Sequence record: MH719082.1
DNA length: 64,000 bases
Reading direction: 5' to 3' (one strand)
Source: Escherichia phage vB_EcoM_IME392
Positions 1 through 8,737 of this stretch are shown here, in pieces. Positions within the stretch are counted from its first letter, which is position 1; each line of letters begins with the position of its first letter. The translations under genes and the position numbers were made by a program. Below the pieces are notes generated by a model. It searched no databases, had not been told where the DNA came from, and saw nothing but the letters and a program-made list of their open reading frames with translations.

Positions 1-931
1 TCACATCCAGAGTTGATCCTGGTTGGAACTCTCGACCAACATCTTCCATTACGTATTCTAGAATACTGTGATCGCTATTATAACGAGAAGCAGCATCTTC
101 AAGAGTAGCGATGTAATGCTGGAAGTAGGTACGGATCTTATACCAGGAATTAAGTGATCCGAGATCAATCGTAGTTACCGGAGCTTCATTAATGTCGTCA
201 ACATAAGCTCGGATATTACTTACCTGCTTCTTGATGTTCGACACTTCCGGATACCAGTGGAGATCATCCGTCATCACCACATAGTTGCCCATATCTACTT
301 TGAGCATAGTTGCGATGATTTCCTGGATGATCGTGAACTCCACCAGATTAACGTTAGTCAATCCCCAGATTAGATCATTACTACGGTTGAATACCGTGCA
401 GTCCAGACCACCATTACGGTACTTAAACGATAGAGCAATGTTGCAGATCATATCTGCGGTATTGATGCTGCCGATGCTGTTTACCAAACCTACATCAGAA
501 TCACGGCTGGGATCGTGAATAGTAGCCACGCACTTACGGTTACCCAGGTCAGAACGGAGGCGGTCTGTTACAGTCTGGAGTTGATCGTAGTTATACAGAC
601 GCTCACCGTAAGCACCACGCCAGGTAACCATATCATCGCTAAACATCTTAGCGCGAGGAACCATAATCGACATCCAGTTATCGATTGCATAGCCACCAGA
701 CAGTACCCACAATACTTCCCCCATAATTCCGAGGATATTGTCTTTACGTTCTGGATGAGCCATCCAACGATTAATCGGATTACTTAACTCAACTACAGCA
801 TGACCGATGGATACTACCGCCGAAGAGTTAACAGAAGTTCTGGACTTCTGCAACTCACCAGCCTTATCCATAGTATTGATGCTGTTAACCAGGATTTCAG
901 TATTACTGTTACCGCGAATTACCGAGATCAT
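1..931 (-). CDS. Thymidylate synthase-family enzyme (ThyA-like or dNMP hydroxymethylase-like); C-terminal part lies beyond the window edge
   Basis: Absent from the ORF track because no stop falls in the window. ATG at 931-929 overlaps the TGA of the upstream gene (ATGA). Minus-strand translation is open from 931 to position 1 (checked over ~270 nt: MISVIRGNSNTEILVNSINTMDKAGELQKSRTSVNSSAVVSIGHAVVELS...). TS-like blocks read: VTWRGAYGERLY, DPSRDSD, MICN (where ThyA has PCH), LDCTVFNRSNDLIWGLTNVNLVEF (cf. ThyA [22 protein letters not shown]), TDDLHWY (cf. GGDTHLY). Confidence 0.6.
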   Translation of the reverse strand, partial: MISVIRGNSNTEILVNSINTMDKAGELQKSRTSVNSSAVVSIGHAVVELSNPINRWMAHPERKDNILGIMGEVLWVLSGGYAIDNWMSIMVPRAKMFSDDMVTWRGAYGERLYNYDQLQTVTDRLRSDLGNRKCVATIHDPSRDSDVGLVNSIGSINTADMICNIALSFKYRNGGLDCTVFNRSNDLIWGLTNVNLVEFTIIQEIIATMLKVDMGNYVVMTDDLHWYPEVSNIKKQVSNIRAYVDDINEAPVTTIDLGSLNSWYKIRTYFQHYIATLEDAASRYNSDHSILEYVMEDVGREFQPGSTLDV

Positions 932-1650
932 TTAGAGTCCTTACGCACTGAATCAATAGACTTAACTGCAGAGGACAGTAACTCCAGACGGGCCTCCTGA
1001 GGGATCATACCAGATGGCTCATTCAGGATCATAATACCTTTACCAGTATTAGTAAAACGAGCTGTGATTGATCCAGGATACACCGGATGATTCAGAGTTA
1101 CAGAATTACACAACGCAGCACCGAATCGCTCCTCGTAGGCACGCATAGTTACCTTAAGGAGAGTAGAACTGACTGCTACAGAGTATTCCGGATCAACAAC
1201 ACGGAAGTTATTGTCCTCAATACTCTTATCCTTCGTATTGAAGAACAGAGTCATGTTATAATAATCAATAGACTCGTTACTGAGACGTAATGCCTCATCA
1301 CGAGCTTCCTGGCTAGCAAACATACTGTTATGCAGCAGGAAGTAAACGTACGAATCGAATACCGCACGATCACTGACGATCAACTCGCCACGATTGTAGG
1401 CATCCTTGAACATCTGAGTTCGCTGACGAATAAGACGCAGCTGGAACTCTACCGCTTCCATAGGATCTTCCACAGCTAAGCGCAGAATATCCATATGGGA
1501 TGTTACTCCCAGAGGAAGATGGTCACGAGTCTGTACTGCACGGAAGGTACATTCGGTTGATTCTTCCCAGCCTTTAGCCAGAGTAGATTTACCGGTACCC
1601 TGCGCACCAGACATAATTACACTGTAGCCTGGGATACTATAGTCTCTCAT
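928..1650 (-). CDS. P-loop kinase (dNMP kinase-like, or hydroxymethyl-pyrimidine DNA kinase-like)
   Basis: Walker A motif SGAQGTGKST near the N-terminus. Likely true start is the ATG at 1650 (MRDYSIPGYS...) preceded by GGAGAG; the ORF track extends to a TTG at 1662. Stop overlaps the start of the downstream TS-family gene. Confidence 0.5.
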   Translation of the reverse strand: MRDYSIPGYSVIMSGAQGTGKSTLAKGWEESTECTFRAVQTRDHLPLGVTSHMDILRLAVEDPMEAVEFQLRLIRQRTQMFKDAYNRGELIVSDRAVFDSYVYFLLHNSMFASQEARDEALRLSNESIDYYNMTLFFNTKDKSIEDNNFRVVDPEYSVAVSSTLLKVTMRAYEERFGAALCNSVTLNHPVYPGSITARFTNTGKGIMILNEPSGMIPQEARLELLSSAVKSIDSVRKDSK

Positions 1651-1682
1651 TATTCTCTCCAATTAAGAATCTTTCCCACATT

Positions 1683-1713
1683 TTAACAGCCTTTCAAGAC
1701 CCTAAAAGAGCGG
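1683..1713 (-). promoter_or_regulatory. Conserved bipartite intergenic motif, copy 1 (candidate promoter)
   Basis: Plus-strand TTAACAGCCTTTcaagaccctAAAAGAGCGG, about 33 nt upstream of the kinase start at 1650. On the minus strand it reads CCGCTCTTTT-N-AAAGGCTGTTAAAAT (TG-n-TAnnnT-like). Confidence 0.4.
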
Positions 1714-1739
1714 ACTAAAAAGGCTGGTGTAAATGTGAA

Positions 1740-2711
1740 CTAGCTAAACTTATACCAGCGAGGTCTCATACGGATCTCGTGATTCAGTTTATGTAGTTTC
1801 GAGAATTCGCAGAATGAGTTGGTGAACATCTGACGAGTATAGAACCGCTCATCCTCCGGCATGAAGTGGAACCATTTCTCCGGCTCCCATGCATACCCGA
1901 AATGAGCACATATCTCTTTGATGTTCTGATACCACCATTCCACGAACATCTGGTAGCCGCAAGGAGGGTTCTGGTCATTAAGCATGTACCATACCCCATC
2001 CTGCGTCCCGGGTCCACATACGATAGCATCGTTATCTGTGTACGCAGTCTCTTTAGAGTAGGACATAGTTGCCCAGCATTGATATGCCATGAACGGACCT
2101 AATCCAGATACCTGTAACAGATGCTCGATGGCCTCGGTAGCGAACGGAGACTTCCATGCCAGTAAGATAGGATCACTGTAGGTCTTCACCAGATAGGCTC
2201 TGGCAGCTACACTGTACTTAATATCCTCTGGACATACTTCATTAGCCATCTTAACTGCTGTGCTAAGGAAGTAGGCATTTGATTGCTGTGGAGCAGTGAA
2301 CGGAGGACCATCCTCATAACGACGTAGCTCTTCACGACCCATGTTATGTATGTCGTCATAGCTCATCTCATAAAGAGGAAGGACTCTGCGGAAGCGATCC
2401 ATATATGAATCACCACGGTTTATCATCTGGAAGAGTACCACGTTAAGCGCCTTACTCTCCCAGCTTAGGGAATCGTTCTCCAGAATGTTCTTGATAGCCC
2501 ATACTGTTTCACGATCGTGCTTACGGAACACGTTAGTGAATTTAAACTTACTAATCCACTTATGTTCTGTCCACGGAGGAGGTAGCTTAAGTATCTCCTT
2601 CTTATAATAAACCTCAGTCCGCTCGCGGTTATACTCCACATACTCACGTAGCTCCTCGGGATTTATCATCCCGAGTAACCCGTCGAAGTGCAAACCTAAC
2701 GGTTTAGACAT
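1740..2711 (-). CDS. Hypothetical protein, Trp/Cys-rich, in the putative DNA-modification module
   Basis: 323-aa ORF with canonical ATG (2711-2709) overlapping the stop of the upstream gene (TAATG). No motif I can name with confidence. Confidence 0.5.
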   Translation of the reverse strand: MSKPLGLHFDGLLGMINPEELREYVEYNRERTEVYYKKEILKLPPPWTEHKWISKFKFTNVFRKHDRETVWAIKNILENDSLSWESKALNVVLFQMINRGDSYMDRFRRVLPLYEMSYDDIHNMGREELRRYEDGPPFTAPQQSNAYFLSTAVKMANEVCPEDIKYSVAARAYLVKTYSDPILLAWKSPFATEAIEHLLQVSGLGPFMAYQCWATMSYSKETAYTDNDAIVCGPGTQDGVWYMLNDQNPPCGYQMFVEWWYQNIKEICAHFGYAWEPEKWFHFMPEDERFYTRQMFTNSFCEFSKLHKLNHEIRMRPRWYKFS

Positions 2712-3790
2712 TAAAGAATACCTTCTTTGGTAAAGTAGTCTATTACTTCATCCTGAAGTTCTTGTGCGTAATCCTTGCGCAGATATAGATTCTCATACTG
2801 ATGTTTCAGCAGAGCATCACGATCTTTCAGTTTCTCTGCAATCTCCGCATTACTGGAGACGATCAGAGGAGCCAGTAGCTCTTCGGGGACGCCGCTCCGG
2901 ATTATTGTTCCAGCAGCATCTTTATCCACCAGCATCAGAGTACCAGAGCTCAGGTATTCGTAATAACGGTTAGGTGGGCTGGTATAGAACGAATTACTGG
3001 AGTTCCAGTCTTCGATAAGCAGTACCGCTGCATATTTAGCCACTTCATCCAGCATCTCTGACAGCTTAAACTTAGGCAGCCAGTTAATCGGAGCAGCAGG
3101 TCCCAGCCACTTACGTTCTTTAGGATCCAGCTCTTCCCAGTTTTCCTGCTCGTAGCCGTCAAATCCTGCAAGACCACCAGTATGTTTAGCGATGGACATC
3201 TGAGCTTTGTAGCTCGGCACCGACATAAACAGTTCCAGACCATCTTGCTGGGAGAAGTACTGAGTGAACTTATGGAAGCGGCCTTCACGAGCAGCACCGT
3301 AATACAGCAGGCTATTGTCCGGCTTATCTGACGATCCATAGCGAGGCTTACGACCAGGAACGTAGGTAAGACGGTTCCAGTTAATGTGATGATAGTTCTC
3401 TTCGCTAGGAGAATACTGATTACCCCAGGAAGTACGTTCAAATGCTGCTACAACTTTAAATACAGTAGCTGCGGTGATGTGTCTCCACTGCGGACCCTGG
3501 ATACGCATCTTAGACGAGTAATCCTGTCCAATCCAGTAGAACTTAGCTCCGACATCTGCCTGGTCTACCCAGAACTTATACATCTCGTCGCGGAACTTAC
3601 AGAAGGTAGGAACACCATTGATGGCGATAATCACGTCATATTTAGTGCCATCTTCCATAGCCTTAACGAACTTAGGAGTATCGTCCAACAGGTCAGCTTG
3701 AAGTCCGTAGGCTAACCAGGAAGCCAGAGTATTACTGGCAATGATGGATTTATCGCTGCATGGCGAAAAGTTAGTTACTGCAATCTTCAT
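2711..3790 (-). CDS. Glycosyltransferase resembling phage DNA beta-glucosyltransferase (T4 BGT-like, GT-B fold)
   Basis: 359 aa. N-terminus MKIAVTNFS..., YDVIIAINGVPTF, LLYYGAAREGR and AAVLLIEDWNSSNSF...TLMLVD line up with my recollection of T4 beta-glucosyltransferase (MKIAIINMG..., IYGGSFRSGQR, IAALIIGDKNYNDNF...AVMLID). GGAGAAA RBS before ATG 3790. Confidence 0.5.
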   Translation of the reverse strand: MKIAVTNFSPCSDKSIIASNTLASWLAYGLQADLLDDTPKFVKAMEDGTKYDVIIAINGVPTFCKFRDEMYKFWVDQADVGAKFYWIGQDYSSKMRIQGPQWRHITAATVFKVVAAFERTSWGNQYSPSEENYHHINWNRLTYVPGRKPRYGSSDKPDNSLLYYGAAREGRFHKFTQYFSQQDGLELFMSVPSYKAQMSIAKHTGGLAGFDGYEQENWEELDPKERKWLGPAAPINWLPKFKLSEMLDEVAKYAAVLLIEDWNSSNSFYTSPPNRYYEYLSSGTLMLVDKDAAGTIIRSGVPEELLAPLIVSSNAEIAEKLKDRDALLKHQYENLYLRKDYAQELQDEVIDYFTKEGIL

Positions 3791-3817
3791 GTTTAATTTC
3801 TCCGTAGGCTGTCACAA

Positions 3818-3850
3818 TTTAACAGCCTTTTAGCTCATCAAAGAAGCGAG
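3818..3850 (-). promoter_or_regulatory. Conserved bipartite intergenic motif, copy 2
   Basis: TTTAACAGCCTTTTagctcatcAAAGAAGCGAG, about 30 nt upstream of ATG 3790; the stop codon of gene 3838..4872 lies inside the spacer. Confidence 0.4.
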
Positions 3851-4872
3851 TTAGCTGATGCCCAGCTCAGCCAGTTATCGTTGAGATCGGTCAGGTAGGA
3901 GTAATCCTTATTCAGACCGAATACAGTACGGTTAGTTCCGTCGAACTTCATTATACCAGCGCCAGGAGCTCTGATGATTGCATCTTCCGTAGCCAGACAA
4001 TATTCTTTCAAGTATTCCTGGATGTTGGGACGAATACGACGGAAGGAACTATCTGCCGAGTCATAGTGGAACATATCTGCGCAGTGCCACTGTACGTAGG
4101 ATTTATCCGGACGGCTGAGTAGTTCATTACGGGTAACCATATCTTTAGGAGAATATCCCAGCTTAGCTACAGTGACTTCGTGAATACCTCCACCATTAGA
4201 CGAAGTATCCATCAGCCAGTTTTCGTCCCAGTAGAACGAAGTACCAGTACCAGTTACCTGTCCAACCTTCCAGCCCATCGCCATACCTTTAAACAACAGG
4301 TAGCAATCTTCTCCTACGGTCAACTGTTGGAAGGTTATATCGAACAGCCAGAACATCTTCTCACTGGTCTTGACCATGATACCGAGGTCAGTGGCCGGAG
4401 CAGTGTTATTATGTGACTGACGATCGCATAGTTCAACAATCTTGTAGTTACGATTCTTGAAGCTACGGACGAACGCCATCTCAAACTCAGATCCCTCGAA
4501 GTCTATAACGGAACGGTCCAGATGGAAAATATTATCTGCGAACCAGACATCATCATCCACGAAGTAGCAGATGTCTGGACACCAGTTCTGATCCTCCATT
4601 AAAATCCATGCCTTATCAAGAGCATGAGCTCGGATTCTTCCGATTACCGGATTATCGTACTTAGGACGATGCCAGAAATTAAACTGCTCGTCCCCACCGA
4701 ACTGCTCTTCCAGAACTGCCTTATCTTCTTCGGAGGCATCCTGCATAAAGTAGAAGAAACGATACTCGATAGAGTCGTCAGTCTTCTTAGCATCTTTGAA
4801 CGACTGAATCTGACGGAGTACCGACTTCATACGATGATAGGTTGGGATGATAAAAGCCACTTTGGTAGTCAT
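3838..4872 (-). CDS. GT-A-type glycosyltransferase (family-2-like, DxD motif)
   Basis: 344 aa. N-terminal VAFIIPTYHR (cf. GT2 IIPTYNR) and DxD-like YFVDDDVWF. Confidence 0.5.
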   Translation of the reverse strand: MTTKVAFIIPTYHRMKSVLRQIQSFKDAKKTDDSIEYRFFYFMQDASEEDKAVLEEQFGGDEQFNFWHRPKYDNPVIGRIRAHALDKAWILMEDQNWCPDICYFVDDDVWFADNIFHLDRSVIDFEGSEFEMAFVRSFKNRNYKIVELCDRQSHNNTAPATDLGIMVKTSEKMFWLFDITFQQLTVGEDCYLLFKGMAMGWKVGQVTGTGTSFYWDENWLMDTSSNGGGIHEVTVAKLGYSPKDMVTRNELLSRPDKSYVQWHCADMFHYDSADSSFRRIRPNIQEYLKEYCLATEDAIIRAPGAGIMKFDGTNRTVFGLNKDYSYLTDLNDNWLSWASANSLL

Positions 4873-4878
4873 ATTTAT

Positions 4879-5490
4879 TTATCCAATTTGACGAACTAAG
4901 CGAAACCCTTCGGCGTACGGCCACTGGGCAGAATATCCACGTAAGGTGGCTAGAGCTAAGATACTCTGGGTATCTCGGTCTGACTTAATCTGGGAGTCGA
5001 ATCGTCCCATAGCCTGGCACTTACACTCAATATCGTCCTTATTCAGACGCTCGAAGTAATTAGGTTCCATCTGACCGAACTGGGTCAGGGACTCGGCATA
5101 CTCATATTCCAGGATAAGCCAGTTATACGCTCGGAGAGCTACACGAGCAGCATGATTAACTAGTTGATGGTCCTGGTGTAGGCTACTGAACGGAATATAG
5201 ACTACATCCGGCCTGATTTTAGCAACATAGTCCGCAATATCCTTAGCCAATTGCGGAATATCCTTCTGAGTCATACCATCGCCTGTGGAGGCATCGTTAC
5301 GCTCCAGGCAATGTACTTCTTTGATATTCGGATAGACACCGAATGCTGCTTCGGCTTCACCACGACGGGTCTCGTCCGGAGCAGTTACTTCGAGGATGAA
5401 AAATTGGTCGTCGCGGAATTTGCTCATAATACCTCCGCAACCCAGAATCTCATCATCGTGATGTGGGCTGATAATCAATCGTGACTTCAT
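4879..5490 (-). CDS. PIG-L/LmbE-family zinc-dependent de-N-acetylase
   Basis: 203 aa. Signature LIISPHHDDEILGCGG (PIG-L HPDDE motif) and downstream HQDHQ. GAGGA RBS before ATG 5490. Confidence 0.7.
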   Translation of the reverse strand: MKSRLIISPHHDDEILGCGGIMSKFRDDQFFILEVTAPDETRRGEAEAAFGVYPNIKEVHCLERNDASTGDGMTQKDIPQLAKDIADYVAKIRPDVVYIPFSSLHQDHQLVNHAARVALRAYNWLILEYEYAESLTQFGQMEPNYFERLNKDDIECKCQAMGRFDSQIKSDRDTQSILALATLRGYSAQWPYAEGFRLVRQIG

Positions 5491-5505
5491 TATTAATCCT
5501 CGCTA

Positions 5506-5541
5506 CACAAAAATGGGGTTAGGCCGTAGAGACCTAACCCC
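5506..5541 (-). terminator. Rho-independent terminator-like hairpin between the BCCT and deacetylase genes
   Basis: Plus strand caaaaat-GGGGTTAGG-ccgtagaga-CCTAACCCC: 9-bp perfect stem, followed on the minus strand by a TTTTT run. Confidence 0.45.
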
Positions 5542-5555
5542 GTACGCCTCTGACA

Positions 5556-5590
5556 CCTTAACAGCCTTTTAGGTCATCAAACAGGAGGAG
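5556..5590 (-). promoter_or_regulatory. Conserved bipartite intergenic motif, copy 3 (degenerate downstream block, overlaps the BCCT stop codon)
   Basis: CCTTAACAGCCTTTTaggtcatcAAACAGGAGGAG; the second block lies in the last codons of the BCCT gene. Confidence 0.3.
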
Positions 5591-6959
5591 TTTCCTTAGC
5601 CAAGAATACTTTAGGTACAAAGATCTTGAGGAACCCGAATAGAATACACAATACCCCAATCAGTACCGGAACAGCCGATACAGCTACCAGAGTCTTCGTT
5701 ACAGTTACTACGTCACCACCTGCCCAGTTAAGTGCAGCAGCAACTACACCCATGCTTACAATCCAGAATACACGAGTTCTAGGAGCGGTCATGGACTCTA
5801 CCGTAATACCTGCTGAGTCATGACCTGTAATAAAGAACAGAATCACAGACACGAGGGTAATTACTGAGAATATCCATCCGCCTGGGAAATTAGCCAGAAG
5901 CTGGAAGATATCCTGAGCACCATGTTGCAAACCGGCTACACCGAATACGGTAAACCATACGTTACTGATAATGGTAGGGAACAGTACACATCCCAGGATC
6001 AGTTCGCGAATAGTACGGCCGTAAGAGATACGTGCCACAAACGCTCCGACGAATAATGCCCAACCTACCCAGGCTGCATAGTAAGCATAAGGCCAGCTAG
6101 CCAGCCATTGCTTCTCTTCAGCAGTACTGCCAATGTTTACCGACATAGGAATAATCTGGAGCAGATAGCTGCCAGAATAGGTGATGGTCTTCCAGAGGTA
6201 TTCAAAGAATGTACCACTTACAGCAACGAATGCCATAATAGATAGAGCTACGATTACATTATATCTGGATAACCACTTAACCCCACGATCGACACCAGTT
6301 ACGGCACTAAGTACAGTGCCCAGAGTCAGGAGTGCGATAATGGTGTAAGGACCAACATCCACACCAAGGAACTCTTTAAATCCAGAACTGATCGGGCCTA
6401 CTGCGTAGACGAACGACAGGGTTAAGCCTATGATGGTCGAGAAGAGTAAGCTTATCGTATTAAGGTTATTCAGAGTTCGGGACTTGAATAACTGATTAAG
6501 CGGACGGTCTTCACCACGTACATGCAGTAAGTACCCGAATGCCACCCCTACGACTGCATACACAGCCCATGCATTAAGTCCCCAGTCAAAGAAGGTAGTT
6601 ACCATATTCTGACGTTCGGACATACCCTCCTGATGATGGTACATAGGTTCGAGTACGCCATAATAAATCATGGATACACCCATACCGGTACTAAACATCA
6701 TAGAGTAATAGGTAAAGCGATTGTATTTCGGAGTACCTTTACCCAGCTTAATGTTACCATGTTTGCTGAATACAAAGAATGCCAGGAACGCCAGGAAGAT
6801 CAGCGAAGACCAGGTAAATATGAATCCATACTGAGATATAAATACAGACTTACTCCAGTCCATTACAGCACCAAACTGGGTGGGAGCAAACATAATGGCG
6901 AGTACAATACCCACCGTTACCAGCACCGTCCCCCAGGTAACTACCTTTGAATCGGACAT
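5577..6959 (-). CDS. BCCT-family (betaine/carnitine/choline-type) secondary transporter, polytopic membrane protein
   Basis: 460 aa, about 12 hydrophobic segments. Carries the BCCT signature region WPYAYYAAWVGWALFVGAFVARISYGRTIRELILGCVLFPTIISNVWFTVFGVAG (cf. BetP/CaiT W-x-FYWAWW-x-W-x-PF-x-G-x-F-x-ARIS-x-GRTIRE) and FSTGMGVSMIYYGVLEP. GAGGAA RBS before ATG 6959. Confidence 0.8.
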   Translation of the reverse strand: MSDSKVVTWGTVLVTVGIVLAIMFAPTQFGAVMDWSKSVFISQYGFIFTWSSLIFLAFLAFFVFSKHGNIKLGKGTPKYNRFTYYSMMFSTGMGVSMIYYGVLEPMYHHQEGMSERQNMVTTFFDWGLNAWAVYAVVGVAFGYLLHVRGEDRPLNQLFKSRTLNNLNTISLLFSTIIGLTLSFVYAVGPISSGFKEFLGVDVGPYTIIALLTLGTVLSAVTGVDRGVKWLSRYNVIVALSIMAFVAVSGTFFEYLWKTITYSGSYLLQIIPMSVNIGSTAEEKQWLASWPYAYYAAWVGWALFVGAFVARISYGRTIRELILGCVLFPTIISNVWFTVFGVAGLQHGAQDIFQLLANFPGGWIFSVITLVSVILFFITGHDSAGITVESMTAPRTRVFWIVSMGVVAAALNWAGGDVVTVTKTLVAVSAVPVLIGVLCILFGFLKIFVPKVFLAKETPPV

Positions 6960-6962
6960 TGA

Positions 6963-7871
6963 TTATTCCTCAATTACGCCCTTAGCGATTAACTGGCGAC
7001 GGACGTATGCGTAGCCAGCAGGTGAAGTAGCGAGGACGATGTCCGCACTACGGAAGTTGGTTTCGATATAGAAGCACTCCTGAAGATCCCGAGTACAGAA
7101 GAGCTCAGTACTCATCATACCCTCGCGTACGTTACATGCATCTGCAACGAATTGCGCAACATCTTCGAAGTGGTCTACCGAATGACTATAGCCGAATCCA
7201 CGGGCATCAGTAGATATAACGTAGTTAGGGCAGTACGGAGTGAAGTCAGTATCTTCGTAGGATTTACCCTGGATAGTGAAGATATCTGCATAGTCCTTGA
7301 ACCCGCTCGGGCTAACCAGAAGATCCCAGGCAACTACCATACCATCGATAACATCTGCCTGAAGTACCAGAGAGGTAGTATATTCGTCCGGTGCCTTATC
7401 GCAGACCAAAATTGGGGAGTCTCCCAGAAGGTCCGACATAGTGCCCGCACCCTTGCCCCCGTGAACACGATCACGGCGTACAAACGCCTCCTGAGGCCTC
7501 TGGTACAGTCTGAACGACGGTACAATCAGCGAATCAGGCAGAGTTCCCAGGTTAGCTTCGGAGCGAAGGCAGGATAATTGGTCAGCTTTAGACCACGTAC
7601 TTTCGATAGCGTGCAGATCGTTACCGATTTTGGTATAGATATAGCTTTCCGGATTACGGCACTTACCCTGATTCAACTCTTCGATAACCGAGTCGAAATA
7701 AGGAAGTCGTACTGATCCCTCACGAGGAGCAGTTAACGCTACTGAGCCATGCTTGGTATGATCCTGATCAACTACCATAACCTGGTCCAGACTTACACCC
7801 ATCTTAAGAATCTGGGATAATGTAGCTGCCGTGTGATTAGTGCAGCCAATCATCAAATCTAACTTCTTCAT
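6963..7871 (-). CDS. Hypothetical protein (possible ligase/transferase; weak ATP-grasp-like E-x-N motif)
   Basis: 302 aa; contains HGGKGAGT and YIETNFRS. Assignment is tentative. GAGGAA RBS before ATG 7871. Confidence 0.4.
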   Translation of the reverse strand: MKKLDLMIGCTNHTAATLSQILKMGVSLDQVMVVDQDHTKHGSVALTAPREGSVRLPYFDSVIEELNQGKCRNPESYIYTKIGNDLHAIESTWSKADQLSCLRSEANLGTLPDSLIVPSFRLYQRPQEAFVRRDRVHGGKGAGTMSDLLGDSPILVCDKAPDEYTTSLVLQADVIDGMVVAWDLLVSPSGFKDYADIFTIQGKSYEDTDFTPYCPNYVISTDARGFGYSHSVDHFEDVAQFVADACNVREGMMSTELFCTRDLQECFYIETNFRSADIVLATSPAGYAYVRRQLIAKGVIEE

Positions 7872-7897
7872 TTTAATTCCTCAGTTAACTTGTACAA

Positions 7898-7928
7898 CCT
7901 AACAGCCTTTCGAACCCTAAAAAGAGCG
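7898..7928 (-). promoter_or_regulatory. Conserved bipartite intergenic motif, copy 4
   Basis: CCTAACAGCCTTTcgaaccctAAAAAGAGCG, about 30 nt upstream of ATG 7871. Confidence 0.4.
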
Positions 7929-7942
7929 AAATAATAGATATC

Positions 7943-7964
7943 TAGCCATCTCGTAAGATGGCTA
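7943..7964 (-). terminator. Hairpin directly downstream of the methyltransferase gene (possible terminator)
   Basis: TAGCCATCT-cgta-AGATGGCTA, 9-bp perfect stem; flanked by T/A-rich sequence but no clean U-run. Confidence 0.3.
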
Positions 7965-7972
7965 TGTATATA

Positions 7973-8713
7973 TTACTTTAATTCGGAGAGATCTGCGATC
8001 TTCACCTTAGCTGATACATCCCAGATTCCTTCACCAAATCCGGTATCTTCCAGCAGCTTAGGCACTTCACGTTTCTGTACCTTAGATTGCTCGTACTTAA
8101 GCAGAGGAATATTACCGGTCTTATCTGATTGATCCCACAGATAAGTAGCAGCACCGATGTTATCGAACAGTGCGAGATCTGGATTAAACTGGGTAAGGAG
8201 TCGGCAGTCCCAGTGAGACTTATGTTCCTCGAAAGGATTAGTTTCCGTGCCACGCTGACGATACTCATAGTTAGGAGTACCGATCACGATTTTAGCCTTA
8301 GACTGGAATAGCTTAGACAACACCATAAGCCCGTCTTCGCTATCCAGATGCTCCAACACATCCAGCCAGATAATAGTGCCGAATTTATCCAGCTCTTCAA
8401 TAGGAAGATCTTTCAACAGTTCAACGATATTGCAGATATAGATATCGCTATATACATTTACACTGCCTTTGATGTAGTCTTCGCAGATGTCCAGACCTGT
8501 AATCTGACCATCGAATCCTGCGTTACGGAGAGCAAGACCAATTTCTCCACGACCTAATCCCATATCCAGGATTGGCCCGGAGATAATTTCGTTACGGAGC
8601 ATCCATTGGAGAAAGTGCTTCTGGACTAAGTAGGAGGTGCCTCCGTTGCCCAGTGAAGCCTTCGTGACCTTAGTACCAGGAACGAAATTACACTCGATAT
8701 GTTTACCAAACAT
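7973..8713 (-). CDS. Class I SAM-dependent methyltransferase
   Basis: 246 aa. Motif I ILDMGLGRGEIG, acidic post-I ITGLDI, motif IIWLDVLEHL. GAGGA RBS before ATG 8713. Confidence 0.6.
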   Translation of the reverse strand: MFGKHIECNFVPGTKVTKASLGNGGTSYLVQKHFLQWMLRNEIISGPILDMGLGRGEIGLALRNAGFDGQITGLDICEDYIKGSVNVYSDIYICNIVELLKDLPIEELDKFGTIIWLDVLEHLDSEDGLMVLSKLFQSKAKIVIGTPNYEYRQRGTETNPFEEHKSHWDCRLLTQFNPDLALFDNIGAATYLWDQSDKTGNIPLLKYEQSKVQKREVPKLLEDTGFGEGIWDVSAKVKIADLSELK

Positions 8714-8737
8714 GTTCTGTCCTCATTAGTTTCGACA

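Noticed and set aside
285-1000. Three short plus-strand ORFs (285..518, 515..787, 800..1000)
   Set aside because: They overlap the long minus-strand TS-family reading frame that runs from 931 to the window edge; no RBS and poor composition.
6963-7871. Assigning the 302-aa protein as an ATP-grasp ligase
   Set aside because: Rests on a single short ETNFR-like motif and a Gly-rich stretch; kept as hypothetical in the feature list.
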